Shown here: piece by piece, positions 1 through 10,104 of the stretch | Position numbering within the stretch: the stretch's first letter is position 1 | How the letters are laid out: each line of letters starts with the position of its first letter | Assembly: GCA_036679065.1 (NCBI GenBank) | Contig: JAZIGN010000001.1 | Span: 224,001 to 288,000 of the forward strand | Direction of reading: 5' to 3' | Length of the DNA: 64,000 bases | Source: Coprothermobacterota bacterium | Lineage (GTDB): Bacteria; Coprothermobacterota; Coprothermobacteria; Coprothermobacterales; Coprothermobacteraceae | Translations under genes and position numbers: made by a program | The notes under the pieces: generated by a model | Seen by the model: only the letters and a program-made list of their open reading frames with translations | Database searches by the model: none | Told to the model about the DNA's origin: nothing

Positions 1-24
1 AGTATACCATAAGTACTAACCTTC

Positions 25-53
25 TTTACAGCAGTATGGCTTTCGTGTATAAT
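25..53 (+). promoter_or_regulatory. sigma70-type promoter for tRNA-Leu
   Basis: TTTACA (25-30), 17-bp spacer, TATAAT (48-53), just upstream of the tRNA. Confidence 0.75.
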
Positions 54-66
54 TAGTTTTGATTGT

Positions 67-152
<86 letters not shown>

Positions 153-1085
153 ATGGAAGGCAAAGTACCAGTTTCTTATATAGGCGATTTGGTAGAGCGG
201 TTCTACGGAAAACGCCGTCAAGAAGTGTTGATCGATGCTAGCAATCTCACTGACAGTGCAGTGGTAGATTTAGATGCTCCCATTGTGGTTAGTACTGACC
301 CAATAACTGGTGCTGATAACCATGTGGTTACGCAGCTAGCAGTTCACATAAATGCAAATGATGTAAGGGTTGCTGGCGGAGAGCCAGTAGCTTTTTTGGC
401 AGTTCTTCTTTTGCCCACCAATTTTCCACAAAAAGACATAGAAGGCATGTTTGAGCATCTTCATGAAGGGTTGGATTACGAGAATGCTCAGTTAGTGGGA
501 GGCCACAGCGAGTTTACATCAGCTGTGACGAAACCTGTAGTAGTTGGCACTATGTTTGGTAAAAGGATTAGAGTACTTAGTAAAGACCTTGTAAGACCTG
601 GTCAGCACGTGTTTTTCGCAGGAACATTGGGCCGGGAGGCTATGATGATTTTAAGGGGTTCCTACGGAGACGACATACTCAAGGTTTCTGTCAAGCCCAT
701 CATGGATGTCGCCTTAAATGTTCCCTCATTGGTCTTTGCCCATGATCTGACTGAGGGAGGGCTAGTGGCTGGTCTCTGGGAGCTGACACGGGGAACGTCC
801 CTTGGCATTGAGGCTTCTTTTCCTGAGAGTTATCTGGACCAAGAACTGATTCAGCTTTCCCGTCGGTTCCAGTTTAACCCCTACAAAATAATTTCTTCGG
901 GTTCTGTGCTGCTGGTCTGCGAGAATGAACGTGAAATGAGAGAAAAACTCGAAGAAGAACATTTGCCTTTTGTCTATCTGGGGCAGTTACATAAAAACTC
1001 TGTTACGTCTTTGAATGGTGTGCCACTGGGGGATCTTGATCCTGAAGGCCCCGATGAGCTCTGGACTTTGCAGAAGAGAGTATAG
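153..1085 (+). CDS. AIR synthase-related (PurM/HypE/ThiL-like) protein
   Basis: MEGKVP N-terminus, STDPITG, NANDV..AGGEP, GGHSE, HDLTEGG motifs; the ORF-track N-terminal extension overlaps the tRNA and was discarded. Confidence 0.85.
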   Translation: MEGKVPVSYIGDLVERFYGKRRQEVLIDASNLTDSAVVDLDAPIVVSTDPITGADNHVVTQLAVHINANDVRVAGGEPVAFLAVLLLPTNFPQKDIEGMFEHLHEGLDYENAQLVGGHSEFTSAVTKPVVVGTMFGKRIRVLSKDLVRPGQHVFFAGTLGREAMMILRGSYGDDILKVSVKPIMDVALNVPSLVFAHDLTEGGLVAGLWELTRGTSLGIEASFPESYLDQELIQLSRRFQFNPYKIISSGSVLLVCENEREMREKLEEEHLPFVYLGQLHKNSVTSLNGVPLGDLDPEGPDELWTLQKRV

Positions 1086-1206
1086 CTCCCATACTTCAAA
1101 ACTACACAGTAGCTAATAGCTTGTTTAGAGAAGAAAGCCATTTTAGTGAACGATATCGTATTCTTCCAAGTGTTCAAACGTTTACAAATGTGTATAATTG
1201 TGTTAG

Positions 1207-1419
<213 letters not shown>

Positions 1420-1497
1420 TCTACGTATCCCAGTACACTGAGCTGTGGATCGGCTAGTTACTCTTTAAGTCATTGAAAATGTCTATGCTGTGAAACG

Positions 1498-1525
1498 TTG
1501 ACAATTTCAAATTTCTTGCTATACT
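1498..1525 (+). promoter_or_regulatory. sigma70 promoter of rpsT
   Basis: TTGACA (1498-1503), 16-bp spacer, extended TGcTATACT. Confidence 0.75.
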
Positions 1526-1565
1526 TAAAGTACAAGTCGAAAAATTTGTTGAAAGGAGTGAACTT

Positions 1566-1832
1566 ATGGCTAACACAATTTCTGCAGAGCGACGCATTCG
1601 GCTTACGAAGAAAGAAACCGCATACAACAGATACTGGCGTACAACCATGAAGACGTATGTAAAGAGGGCTAAGAAAGCTATCGAAAGTGGTGATCGTGAA
1701 GCAGCTGAAGCAGCCGTGCTGAAAGCTCAGAGTGTCATTGACAAGGTGGCAGTAAAAGGCGTTATTCACAAGAACGAAGCTGCTAGGCGTAAATCTCGTC
1801 TGATGAAGCTATTCAATCAGAAGTTTCAGTAG
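1566..1832 (+). CDS. rpsT: 30S ribosomal protein S20
   Basis: MAN..SA.RR, IDK.A.KGVIHKN.AARRKSRL. Confidence 0.97.
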   Translation: MANTISAERRIRLTKKETAYNRYWRTTMKTYVKRAKKAIESGDREAAEAAVLKAQSVIDKVAVKGVIHKNEAARRKSRLMKLFNQKFQ

Positions 1833-1889
1833 TGTTGAAAGCAGTTTGTCTTGTATAATGAAGACAGCCTGTAAAAAGGAGGGCTGAGC

Positions 1890-2072
1890 ATGGCTCTAAA
1901 AGTTGATAAAGAACTGTGCATAGCCTGCGGGGTATGCATGGCACTGTGCCCGGAAGTTTTCCAAGCAGATGCTGAGGGCAAGAGCGAAGTAATAGAGGGC
2001 GCTGATGAGACGCTGCCCTGCGTAGACGAAGCAATAGATTCGTGCCCTACGGGAGCAATTAGTCGGGAATGA
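1890..2072 (+). CDS. fdx: ferredoxin (monocluster 4Fe-4S type), copy 2
   Basis: CxxCxxCxxxCP...CPTGAI; SD AGGAGG. Confidence 0.93.
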   Translation: MALKVDKELCIACGVCMALCPEVFQADAEGKSEVIEGADETLPCVDEAIDSCPTGAISRE

Positions 2073-2099
2073 GGCTTCGGCCTCATTCCTTTTACTTTT
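2066..2099 (+). terminator. intrinsic terminator after ferredoxin 2
   Basis: GGAATGAGGC-TTCG-GCCTCATTCC 10-bp stem with UUCG loop, then TTTTACTTTT. Confidence 0.9.
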
Positions 2100-2108
2100 A
2101 AAACAAGG

Positions 2109-2669
2109 ATGATTCTATCCGATGGTCTAATCAAGGAGCTTATATCTTACAGGGCATTGGTAATAGAGCCTTTGAGTGAAACACAAATACAGCCTTCATC
2201 GGTGGATTTAACGCTGGGGAGTACATTTCTTGCCATTGACAATATTAACGTACCGTTCTTAGATCCAAAGAGAAAAGAAACAATTAAATATAGAGAGATT
2301 CACATAGAAAAGGGTGGCCAATTAATCCTTCAACTTGGCTTTTTTTTGCTAGGAACAACTACAGAGCGCCTCATGTTACCCAACTTTCTCGTAGCTCGGG
2401 TCGAAGGAAGATCCTCCTTGGGACGTATGGGTATTCTTATACATGCCACTGCTGGTTATGTTGACCCAGGGTTTTGTGGTCAGATTACGTTAGAAATATC
2501 AAATGTGAATAACATACCAGTAGCTCTTTATCCAGGAATGAGAATATGCCAAGTAAGTTTTGAGTTGCTTTTTGAGAACTGTGTGATCCCATACGGGCTC
2601 AAAGGGAAGTATCAAGGACAAGAAGGTCCAGAAGGGACAAGAATTTTCTTGGATTTCTTAAAGGAGTGA
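2109..2669 (+). CDS. dcd: dCTP deaminase
   Basis: MILSD, QP.SVDL, EGRSSLGR.G, H.TAGYVDPGF.G.ITLE. Confidence 0.95.
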   Translation: MILSDGLIKELISYRALVIEPLSETQIQPSSVDLTLGSTFLAIDNINVPFLDPKRKETIKYREIHIEKGGQLILQLGFFLLGTTTERLMLPNFLVARVEGRSSLGRMGILIHATAGYVDPGFCGQITLEISNVNNIPVALYPGMRICQVSFELLFENCVIPYGLKGKYQGQEGPEGTRIFLDFLKE

Positions 2670-2675
2670 TGTGTA

Positions 2676-4025
2676 GTGCATAGTGCTATTGTACTAGGGG
2701 GTGGAGTTGGAAAAAGGTTTAATTCCAAGGTGCCCAAGATAATGCATACACTAGGGGAAAAACCTATTATCTATCACCTTTGGGACACGCTGCAAACAGT
2801 AGATGGTATCGAAGAGGTTATATTGGTAACTTCTCCTCAAATTGCCGAGTTACTACCTGATAATGCAAATGTGGTGATCCAGGATGAGCCCTTAGGAACG
2901 GCGCATGCTGCGTTCTTGGGAGCCTCCGTTGCCAAGAATGAGAATGTCATTATTGTCAACGCAGACATCCCCCTTGTTAGAAAGGAAACATTTTCGACAA
3001 TGGTGGAATCTTCTTATTCAAGATTGATAGCAGTTACTCGGTTTCCCTTTGAAAGCGATTTTGGAAGAGTTCGATTTGTAGACGGTCTTTTGCGTCAAAT
3101 AGTAGAAGTATCTGACTTACGAGATCGGCGCGAAAAAGAAATACCTTTTGTCAATACGGGGGTCTATAAGGCAAGAAAAGAAGACATAGTGAATGGTTTT
3201 CCGCTTCTTGGCAAGTCCAATGCAAAGAAAGAATATTACATCACGGATTTGTTCAATTTGTTAGCTGAGGATAAAGGAGTACATGTGCTTTTGTTTGAAG
3301 ATTGGTCACAGTTCTTGGGTATCAATACTAGACAGGATTTGGCAAGAGTCTTGCATGTTTATAAGCAAAGGCTTCTGGAAAGAATTATGGAGGCGGCCAC
3401 TATTGTGGACCCTGAGAGCACCTATGTGGGTGAAAACGTAAAGGTGGGAAAAGATACAATTATCCTTCCGAATACCACATTACTTGGTTCGACTGAAATT
3501 GGCGAAGATTGTGTAATAGGGCCGAACGTGGAAATAAGAGACTGTGTGATTGGGAACAAATGTGAGATAAAGTTTTCCGTGCTAGAAGAAGCAACTTTAG
3601 AAGACTCAGTCGTTGTTGGACCATTTGCTCGTATTAGACCGGGAACTTACTTAAAGTCGAGCGCGAGAATCGGTAACTTTGTGGAAATCAAGAAAAGTGT
3701 TGTGGGTAGTAGGACAAAAATCAACCATCTTTCATACGTTGGGGATGCCGAAGTCGGCGAGGACACCAACATTGGAGCTGGTACGATAACCTGCAATTAT
3801 GATGGCTACAATAAAAACCCAACGACAATCGGAAACAGGGTTTTTATCGGTTCGGACACAATTTTAGTAGCACCTGTTGAACTTGAGGACGATTCTTTTA
3901 CTGCTGCAGGTTCAGTTATCACTGAGAAGGTGCCGAAATACGCTTTAGGCATAGGTAGAGCCATGCAGGTTAATAAAGAAGGTTGGGTGCTTAAGTACAG
4001 GAAGAAAAAGGAGATGAACCAGTAA
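2676..4025 (+). CDS. glmU: bifunctional UDP-GlcNAc pyrophosphorylase / glucosamine-1-P acetyltransferase
   Basis: LGGG.GKRF.S..PK, hexapeptide repeats, GPFARIRP, GNFVEIK, HLSYVGDA, TCNYDG. Confidence 0.96.
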   Translation: MHSAIVLGGGVGKRFNSKVPKIMHTLGEKPIIYHLWDTLQTVDGIEEVILVTSPQIAELLPDNANVVIQDEPLGTAHAAFLGASVAKNENVIIVNADIPLVRKETFSTMVESSYSRLIAVTRFPFESDFGRVRFVDGLLRQIVEVSDLRDRREKEIPFVNTGVYKARKEDIVNGFPLLGKSNAKKEYYITDLFNLLAEDKGVHVLLFEDWSQFLGINTRQDLARVLHVYKQRLLERIMEAATIVDPESTYVGENVKVGKDTIILPNTTLLGSTEIGEDCVIGPNVEIRDCVIGNKCEIKFSVLEEATLEDSVVVGPFARIRPGTYLKSSARIGNFVEIKKSVVGSRTKINHLSYVGDAEVGEDTNIGAGTITCNYDGYNKNPTTIGNRVFIGSDTILVAPVELEDDSFTAAGSVITEKVPKYALGIGRAMQVNKEGWVLKYRKKKEMNQ

Positions 4026-4975
4026 TGGGCGTTGATGGCAGACCGATGGCGGTCATTTCGGGAACTGCCAATAGACCTTTGGCAGAAAAGATTGTGAGCG
4101 AGCTTGGAATGGATCTGTTACCAGTAGAAATTTACCACTTTAAGGATGGTGAGACTGGTATACGGATTAAAGAATCGGTCAGGGGATACGAGGTTTTTCT
4201 CATACAGCCCACGTCTCCGCCTGTGAACGAGAACTTAATGCAACTATTAATAATGTTGGACGCTCTCCGGAGAGCCTCTGTTGCAGAAATCACTGTAATT
4301 ATGCCTTACTACGGCTATGCACGCCAGGATAGAAAGAGCAAACCCAGGGAACCAATTTCGGCAAGACTAGTTGCTGAGCTCATAGAGGCTGCTGGAGCTG
4401 ACAGAGTAGTGGCTGTAGATTTGCACGTTCCTCAGATACAAGGTTTCTTCAAAGTACCTGTGGATAACCTTACTGCCATGCCGCTTTTTGCTGATTACGT
4501 GAGAAGGGAAAAACCTTTGTTGCAAGATGTCGTAATTGCCTCACCTGATGTAGGTGGAGTAGTAAGAGCTAACGGGTTAGCGTACCGTCTTGATAACAGG
4601 CCTTTGGTCATTTGTGACAAGAGAAGAACGGCAGCAAATGTAGCAGAAATTGTCCATGTCATAGGCGATGTTGTGGACAAAGACGTGCTCATTGTTGATG
4701 ATATAATTGATACCGGCGGTTCTTTGATAAAGGCTGCTCAAGTCTTTAAGGATAGAGGGGCCCGTAGCATTTGGGCTTTCGCTACTCATGGCTTGTTTAG
4801 TGAAGGAGCAGTTGATGCCATTGAAAAATCAGTGATTGAGCGTGTTGTGGTTACGGACACTGTTCGAAGCGAATACTCAAGTGAAAAAGTGCAAGTGGTC
4901 AGTGTGGCGCGGCTAATCGCTGAGGCTATAAAACGTATAAGAACAAATCAAAGCATATCAGCATTATTTGATTAA
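4025..4975 (+). CDS. prs: ribose-phosphate pyrophosphokinase
   Basis: PYYGYARQDRK, DLH..QIQGFF, VDDIIDTGG. Confidence 0.97.
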   Translation: MGVDGRPMAVISGTANRPLAEKIVSELGMDLLPVEIYHFKDGETGIRIKESVRGYEVFLIQPTSPPVNENLMQLLIMLDALRRASVAEITVIMPYYGYARQDRKSKPREPISARLVAELIEAAGADRVVAVDLHVPQIQGFFKVPVDNLTAMPLFADYVRREKPLLQDVVIASPDVGGVVRANGLAYRLDNRPLVICDKRRTAANVAEIVHVIGDVVDKDVLIVDDIIDTGGSLIKAAQVFKDRGARSIWAFATHGLFSEGAVDAIEKSVIERVVVTDTVRSEYSSEKVQVVSVARLIAEAIKRIRTNQSISALFD

Positions 4976-4989
4976 CTTAGATAAAAGGA

Positions 4990-5634
4990 GTGGTTAAAGT
5001 GGCTGTAAAAGTTATTAAGCGTACAGAAACGCAAACTGGAACAAGAAAGGTAAAGAAGATCAGAAAGAATGGTTACGTGCCAGCGGTTTTGTACGGGCAG
5101 GATATGGAAGCTACGCCCTTGTTGTTGGAGCGGAGCCAGGTTATAAGAGAACGTATAACGTTAGGACGTTCATTGGAACTTGATGTGGATGGAAAGATTG
5201 TCAGGGTCATCGTTAAAGAAGAACAAGTGGATCCCATTTCACAGGAAGTGATTCACTTGGATTTCCAAGCATTGAGTGCTGGAAGCACTGTAACTGTGTC
5301 CATACCCATAGTACTGGTAGGCGAACCCGTAGGTATCAAGAAAGGTGGCATATTGGAATTCCCAACTCGTGAAATAGAAGTGGAGTTACCTACTGAAAAG
5401 TTAGTTGAACAGGTCACTGTAGATGTTTCAAATATGGACATTGGAGATATCATACACATCGGTGAGCTCGACCTTCCACCCGAGGCGAAAATCTTCGCAG
5501 ATTTGGAAGAAGTAGTAGTCGCAGTAACAGTTCCAGTGGAAGAAGAAGTAGAAGAGGTCGAGGAAGAAGCAGCAGTTGAAGGTGAGCCTGAAGTGATATC
5601 TAAGGGCAAGAAGGAAGAAGAGGAGGAAGAGTAA
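4990..5634 (+). CDS. rplY: 50S ribosomal protein L25 / Ctc
   Basis: R..G.VPAVLYG, HLDF, G.K.GG, acidic tail; lies between prs and pth. Confidence 0.93.
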   Translation: MVKVAVKVIKRTETQTGTRKVKKIRKNGYVPAVLYGQDMEATPLLLERSQVIRERITLGRSLELDVDGKIVRVIVKEEQVDPISQEVIHLDFQALSAGSTVTVSIPIVLVGEPVGIKKGGILEFPTREIEVELPTEKLVEQVTVDVSNMDIGDIIHIGELDLPPEAKIFADLEEVVVAVTVPVEEEVEEVEEEAAVEGEPEVISKGKKEEEEEE

Positions 5635-5649
5635 TAATATATCCTTTTC

Positions 5650-6228
5650 ATGCTACTAATTGTTGGACTGGGAAATCCGGGTATAGAATACGAGAAGACT
5701 AGGCACAACATAGGCTGGTGGGTTTTAGATCTTCTTAGGACTAAGCTCACCGGCCTTAATTTACGTTTACTGTGTTATAGCCGAGTTTATGAATTGAAAC
5801 ATGAATTAAAGAAAGAAGTAGATTTCATCGTTTATCCCCTAACATACATGAACAACAGTGGTAAGGCTGTGAAATGCCTTTACGAGCCTAGAATGGATCT
5901 AGTGGTAATTCATGATGATCTTGATTTGGTAGTAGGGAAAACCAGAGTACGTTTTGGTGGATCAAGCGCTGGCCACAAAGGGGTATCGTCCATTATTGAC
6001 GCCTTGGGAACTGATTCGTTTTGGCGTGTAAAGGTGGGCATTGGGCGCCCATTCTCAAAACAAGAGGTCATAAACTACGTATTAGGTGAACCCCAGAAGA
6101 ATGAGAAAGAAGTACTTATCAGGGCAGCAGATTACATAGCTGACCAGTTATGTTTGCTGATCACTGATCGGAATTTTTCACGTTTTCAACAGAACATAAA
6201 CAGTTTTAATTCCAATGAAAATAACTAG
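5650..6228 (+). CDS. pth: peptidyl-tRNA hydrolase
   Basis: LIVGLGNPG..Y..TRHNIG, TYMN.SG, HDDLD, GHKG. Confidence 0.96.
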   Translation: MLLIVGLGNPGIEYEKTRHNIGWWVLDLLRTKLTGLNLRLLCYSRVYELKHELKKEVDFIVYPLTYMNNSGKAVKCLYEPRMDLVVIHDDLDLVVGKTRVRFGGSSAGHKGVSSIIDALGTDSFWRVKVGIGRPFSKQEVINYVLGEPQKNEKEVLIRAADYIADQLCLLITDRNFSRFQQNINSFNSNENN

Positions 6229-8908
6229 TCAAGATCCGCTGGTTTACTTCGCTGCTGAAGCGAAGAGCTTGGGAGAAAACTTTCCGATTATTTTGCCAGA
6301 AGGCGAGAAGCAAGCTTTCTTGGATTACTACTCTGCTCTGTTTGGAGTTTCTCGAGCGATGGTTTACGATGCCAGAGACCTAGTGGAGGAAACCCTGCTA
6401 CCAGAAGGCGATCCCTTGTTGATAACTAAAGGTACTCCAATGGATGTGGTTCTGAGTTTTCTTAAGTTGACAGGATATACAAGAGTAGACTTTTGCTATG
6501 ACAGCTTTCAGTGGGCGAAGCGAGGTTTTGTACTTGACATTTACTCTGACGAGCTCTATAGGTTGGATTTTGACGAGGAAGACCGAGTTGAAAGCATCCG
6601 CATAGTGGATTCAGAGACACAAATGTCTATAAGACGAACTGAATATGCCACGCTCTGGACAAGACAAATACCGGTGCGACCTATCGACAGAATGACCCAA
6701 GCTGTCATATACGATTCTGAACGTACTTATAGGGAGCTTAGAGCAGTTGAGGTTGAACTGACGTTTCCTGTTAAAAAGGTATCTCCAGTTAAAATAGACA
6801 AGTTCATATCGGTGCCCAGTTTCAGCATCGACGACTTAACTGCTTACAAGGGCAAGATGGTTCTGGTTACCCAATTCCCCGAGGTGTTTTCGCGCAAACT
6901 TGGTTGGCCTGTGTTTGATTCCATTTCGGCAGGGCTGACTTCCGGGGAAAAAAGGTTTCTGGTTCATGGCAGGATTAGGATGCCCTTCAGCCTCGATGGT
7001 TTCGATATACACATTGATCGCGAAGGACTGGGATGGAAAGTTGGGCATCGAAGATCCTTGGAGTTGTCTTGGCACGGGTTGAAGATTGGGGAACCAGTGC
7101 TTCATGTAGACCGAGGCGTCGGAGTTTACGATGGTATTGAGTATGTGGAAGGGAAACCGTACTTTTCTATTTCATACAAAGATGGCCATGTTCTAGTTCC
7201 TCTGGAGCGTAGTCAAAAGTTAGTTAGGGTTCCTTCCACCATGTCCATTGACAGTTTGGGACCAGCCAGATGGAGTAGAAAGAGTAGAGCTCTTCAGCAG
7301 CGAGCTCTGAAGATGAGATCTTTCCTTGAGAACAGATTTAAGCAGAAGAAGAGCATTGAATCCTTTACTATAGAGCCTGATGAAGAAATTGAAAGCGCAT
7401 TTGCACAGTCTTTTCAGTTTGAGGAAACTTCTGACCAAAAACAGGCTACTGAAGAACTCCACGCTTGGTTAGCAATCCCTCATCCTGAGGAAGCGTTGAT
7501 CATAGGAGAATCTGGCGTGGGCAAAACCGAGGTACTTATGCGTGCGGCTGTCGCTGTGGCCTCCGCTGGCTATAAGGCTGTCATTGTGGTTCCTACTAGA
7601 GTGTTGGTGGATCAATATATGGCTGCCTATAGTGAACGCATCCAAAGCTGCGGTCTCCTATTATCTGACGATCCTGCTTTGCCTTGGGACATATTGGTGG
7701 GGACTCACAGCCTTTTGAAAAAACAGCTTTATGATGACAAGCTAGCTCTGGTCATATTCGACGAGGAACAGAAGTTTGGAGTGACACACAAAAACTGGTT
7801 TCAAGAACATTTCCCGTGGGTCAAAGTTATTTTCAGTAGTGCCACACCCATACCTCGAACGTTTTTCTTGGCACGTCGCGGGTATGTAAAGCTTATACGA
7901 ATGCACGAGCTGCCTTATGGTAGGCAAAAAGTTACTGTTTTTGCCGATGAATACTCTCCCGATTTAGTAAGGAAAGTGCTATCTGATGAACTAGATCGGG
8001 GTGGATTGGTCATTTACATTCACCCGACTATTGAAGGTATTGACCTTAGAGCTTTGGAACTTCAGCAGATGTTCTTGGACGCGGAAATAGAGGTTCTCCA
8101 TGCTCGGATGACCGATAAACGGATAAAGTCCATATTCAAAAAGCTGCAAGAGGGAAAAATAGATATTCTTGTTGCCACCACTATCATGGAAGCAGGTGTG
8201 GATTTGCCTATTGCAAACACCATCGTTGTAGAAGACGCTACCCACTTGGGTGTATCGCAGATGTATCAACTTAAAGGTAGAGTGGGAAGAAACAGTGTCA
8301 AGGGCTATGCTTGGTTTCTTTATCCGCCGACTGCTTCCCCAGCTACGCGAAGTCGCATACACTCTACTGTGAAGTTGCTCAATTATTCTGATAGTTATGC
8401 TCTTGCGGAATTGGATACACGTTACCGTGGGATTGGTGAGATTTTCGGTATACGGCAACATGGCTTGGTGAAACAAGAAGACGTGTTTGCTGTGGATGCA
8501 CTGCTGGAGCAAACGTATAGGGAAGAAGAAACTGAAATTGTGTCTTGGCCAATTAAGATGAACATACCTGAATGGATCTTGCCTGAGCCTGAAAGAAGTA
8601 ATTTACTCAAGGACATTCTTGACGCTGATACAGAACGGGAGCTTATGCAACTGTTCTTGATGTTCAAAGATCTTGTGGGGCACATTCCTGAGGACAGTAA
8701 AGCTTTGTTTGCTTATTCTTTGCTTAAGGTTTTAGGCAATAAAAGAGGTATCACAATGATAAAATTCAATTCAAGAGGGTTTCAGCTGGTTAGGGAGAAT
8801 GAGATCCAAGATTTTAAAACTGGTTCAGTCTCTTCATGGGATGCGATTTTTGCCGCGGTAGAGTGTTTAGGAGGTGCCAAAGAATGGTTCGAAATCCTAA
8901 AGGCATGA
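6215..8908 (+). CDS. mfd: transcription-repair coupling factor (compact Mfd-like SF2 translocase)
   Basis: CarD/RID-like segment (H.D.GVG.Y.G), GESGVGKTEV, DEEQKFG, SATPIPRT, QLKGRVGR, RG.GE..G..QHG; downstream of pth. Confidence 0.85.
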   Translation: MKITSQDPLVYFAAEAKSLGENFPIILPEGEKQAFLDYYSALFGVSRAMVYDARDLVEETLLPEGDPLLITKGTPMDVVLSFLKLTGYTRVDFCYDSFQWAKRGFVLDIYSDELYRLDFDEEDRVESIRIVDSETQMSIRRTEYATLWTRQIPVRPIDRMTQAVIYDSERTYRELRAVEVELTFPVKKVSPVKIDKFISVPSFSIDDLTAYKGKMVLVTQFPEVFSRKLGWPVFDSISAGLTSGEKRFLVHGRIRMPFSLDGFDIHIDREGLGWKVGHRRSLELSWHGLKIGEPVLHVDRGVGVYDGIEYVEGKPYFSISYKDGHVLVPLERSQKLVRVPSTMSIDSLGPARWSRKSRALQQRALKMRSFLENRFKQKKSIESFTIEPDEEIESAFAQSFQFEETSDQKQATEELHAWLAIPHPEEALIIGESGVGKTEVLMRAAVAVASAGYKAVIVVPTRVLVDQYMAAYSERIQSCGLLLSDDPALPWDILVGTHSLLKKQLYDDKLALVIFDEEQKFGVTHKNWFQEHFPWVKVIFSSATPIPRTFFLARRGYVKLIRMHELPYGRQKVTVFADEYSPDLVRKVLSDELDRGGLVIYIHPTIEGIDLRALELQQMFLDAEIEVLHARMTDKRIKSIFKKLQEGKIDILVATTIMEAGVDLPIANTIVVEDATHLGVSQMYQLKGRVGRNSVKGYAWFLYPPTASPATRSRIHSTVKLLNYSDSYALAELDTRYRGIGEIFGIRQHGLVKQEDVFAVDALLEQTYREEETEIVSWPIKMNIPEWILPEPERSNLLKDILDADTERELMQLFLMFKDLVGHIPEDSKALFAYSLLKVLGNKRGITMIKFNSRGFQLVRENEIQDFKTGSVSSWDAIFAAVECLGGAKEWFEILKA

Positions 8909-10104
8909 GAGACATTTTGCCTCCCGAAACCTTTAAATGGCGAAGGTTGGAGATTCTGTTGTCTAAAGCTGCTTTGCTTTATGGCTATGGTGAAATAAGA
9001 ACACCCATTTTAGAATTTTCTGAGCTTTTTAGAAAAGGTTTGGGAGACGAAAGTGATGTGGCGCTCAAGGAAATGTATGAGTTTGAGGATAAGAATGGAG
9101 ATGTGTTGTCGCTAAGGCCAGAAGGAACAGCTCCTGTGGCTAGAGCGGTAATTCAACATCACCTGTATGATACCCCCGTACTTAGGCTCTTTTACACGGG
9201 GCCCATGTTTAGGAGAGAAAGGCCCCAAGCTGGGCGATACCGCCAGTTTCATCAATTTGGTATAGAAGCCTTTGGCGTATCCGAACCTTACATGGATATC
9301 GAAGTACTGCTTATTGTGAAGAGGATATTCAGTCTTCTCAATTTGCCATTAACCATACATATTAATAGTTTAGGCTGTGATGAATGCAGACCAATTTACA
9401 TGGAACAGCTTAGAAATTTTGTACTTTCAGCAATACCTGAAGATGAAGAAATTGAGCGGTTTAAAAAGAACCCTTTAAAACTGTTCGACTCCAAAAGACC
9501 TGAGCACGCTGAAATAAAGGCTGAGGCACCAAAAATCTCAGAATATCTTTGCCCGGCATGTAAGGATCACTATGCGCACGTTATACGAGCAGCGAAGTTG
9601 TTCGGAGTTCCCATCGTTGAAGATCCTCAGCTAGCAAGAGGCTTTGACTACTACACTAGAACTGTTTTTGAGGGGTATGTAGGCGAATTCAATCTGGCTG
9701 TAGTTGGTGGTGGACGATACGACCATTTGGTTTCTTTCTACGGAGGGCCTGACGTACCAGGCATTGGGTTTGCTATTGGTCTAGAAAGATTGATTACATC
9801 CTTAGAAGAAGTGCCAATAATAGACCCCGAGCCGAAGAAAACTTACTTTTTGGCCACTACTGGCGAAGACATGATTGAACCTGCTTTCCAGTTAGCGGAA
9901 AAACTTAGAGATCATGGTATTGGGATAATAATGGATTTGCGGCAGGGAAAATTGCAAAAGCAGTTAAAATTAGCTAATAAAGTGGAAGTTCGGTATGTAC
10001 TCATACTGGGTGAAGAGGAACAAAGGAATCATGTTATCACGTTACGGGATATGGTGACTGGTGAACAGCGCATAGTTGCTCAGGAGGCGGTTTTAGATGA
10101 ATAG
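8884..10104 (+). CDS. hisS: histidine--tRNA ligase
   Basis: PKGMRD, LRPEGTA, RRERPQAGRYRQFHQ, RGFDYY, GGGRYD; SD GGAGGTG. Confidence 0.97.
   Translation: MVRNPKGMRDILPPETFKWRRLEILLSKAALLYGYGEIRTPILEFSELFRKGLGDESDVALKEMYEFEDKNGDVLSLRPEGTAPVARAVIQHHLYDTPVLRLFYTGPMFRRERPQAGRYRQFHQFGIEAFGVSEPYMDIEVLLIVKRIFSLLNLPLTIHINSLGCDECRPIYMEQLRNFVLSAIPEDEEIERFKKNPLKLFDSKRPEHAEIKAEAPKISEYLCPACKDHYAHVIRAAKLFGVPIVEDPQLARGFDYYTRTVFEGYVGEFNLAVVGGGRYDHLVSFYGGPDVPGIGFAIGLERLITSLEEVPIIDPEPKKTYFLATTGEDMIEPAFQLAEKLRDHGIGIIMDLRQGKLQKQLKLANKVEVRYVLILGEEEQRNHVITLRDMVTGEQRIVAQEAVLDE

Noticed and set aside
5253..5750. Ser-rich antisense ORFs (also 14381..14605) and GAA repeats
   Set aside because: Mirror images of Glu-rich tails of L25 and the DUF1292 protein
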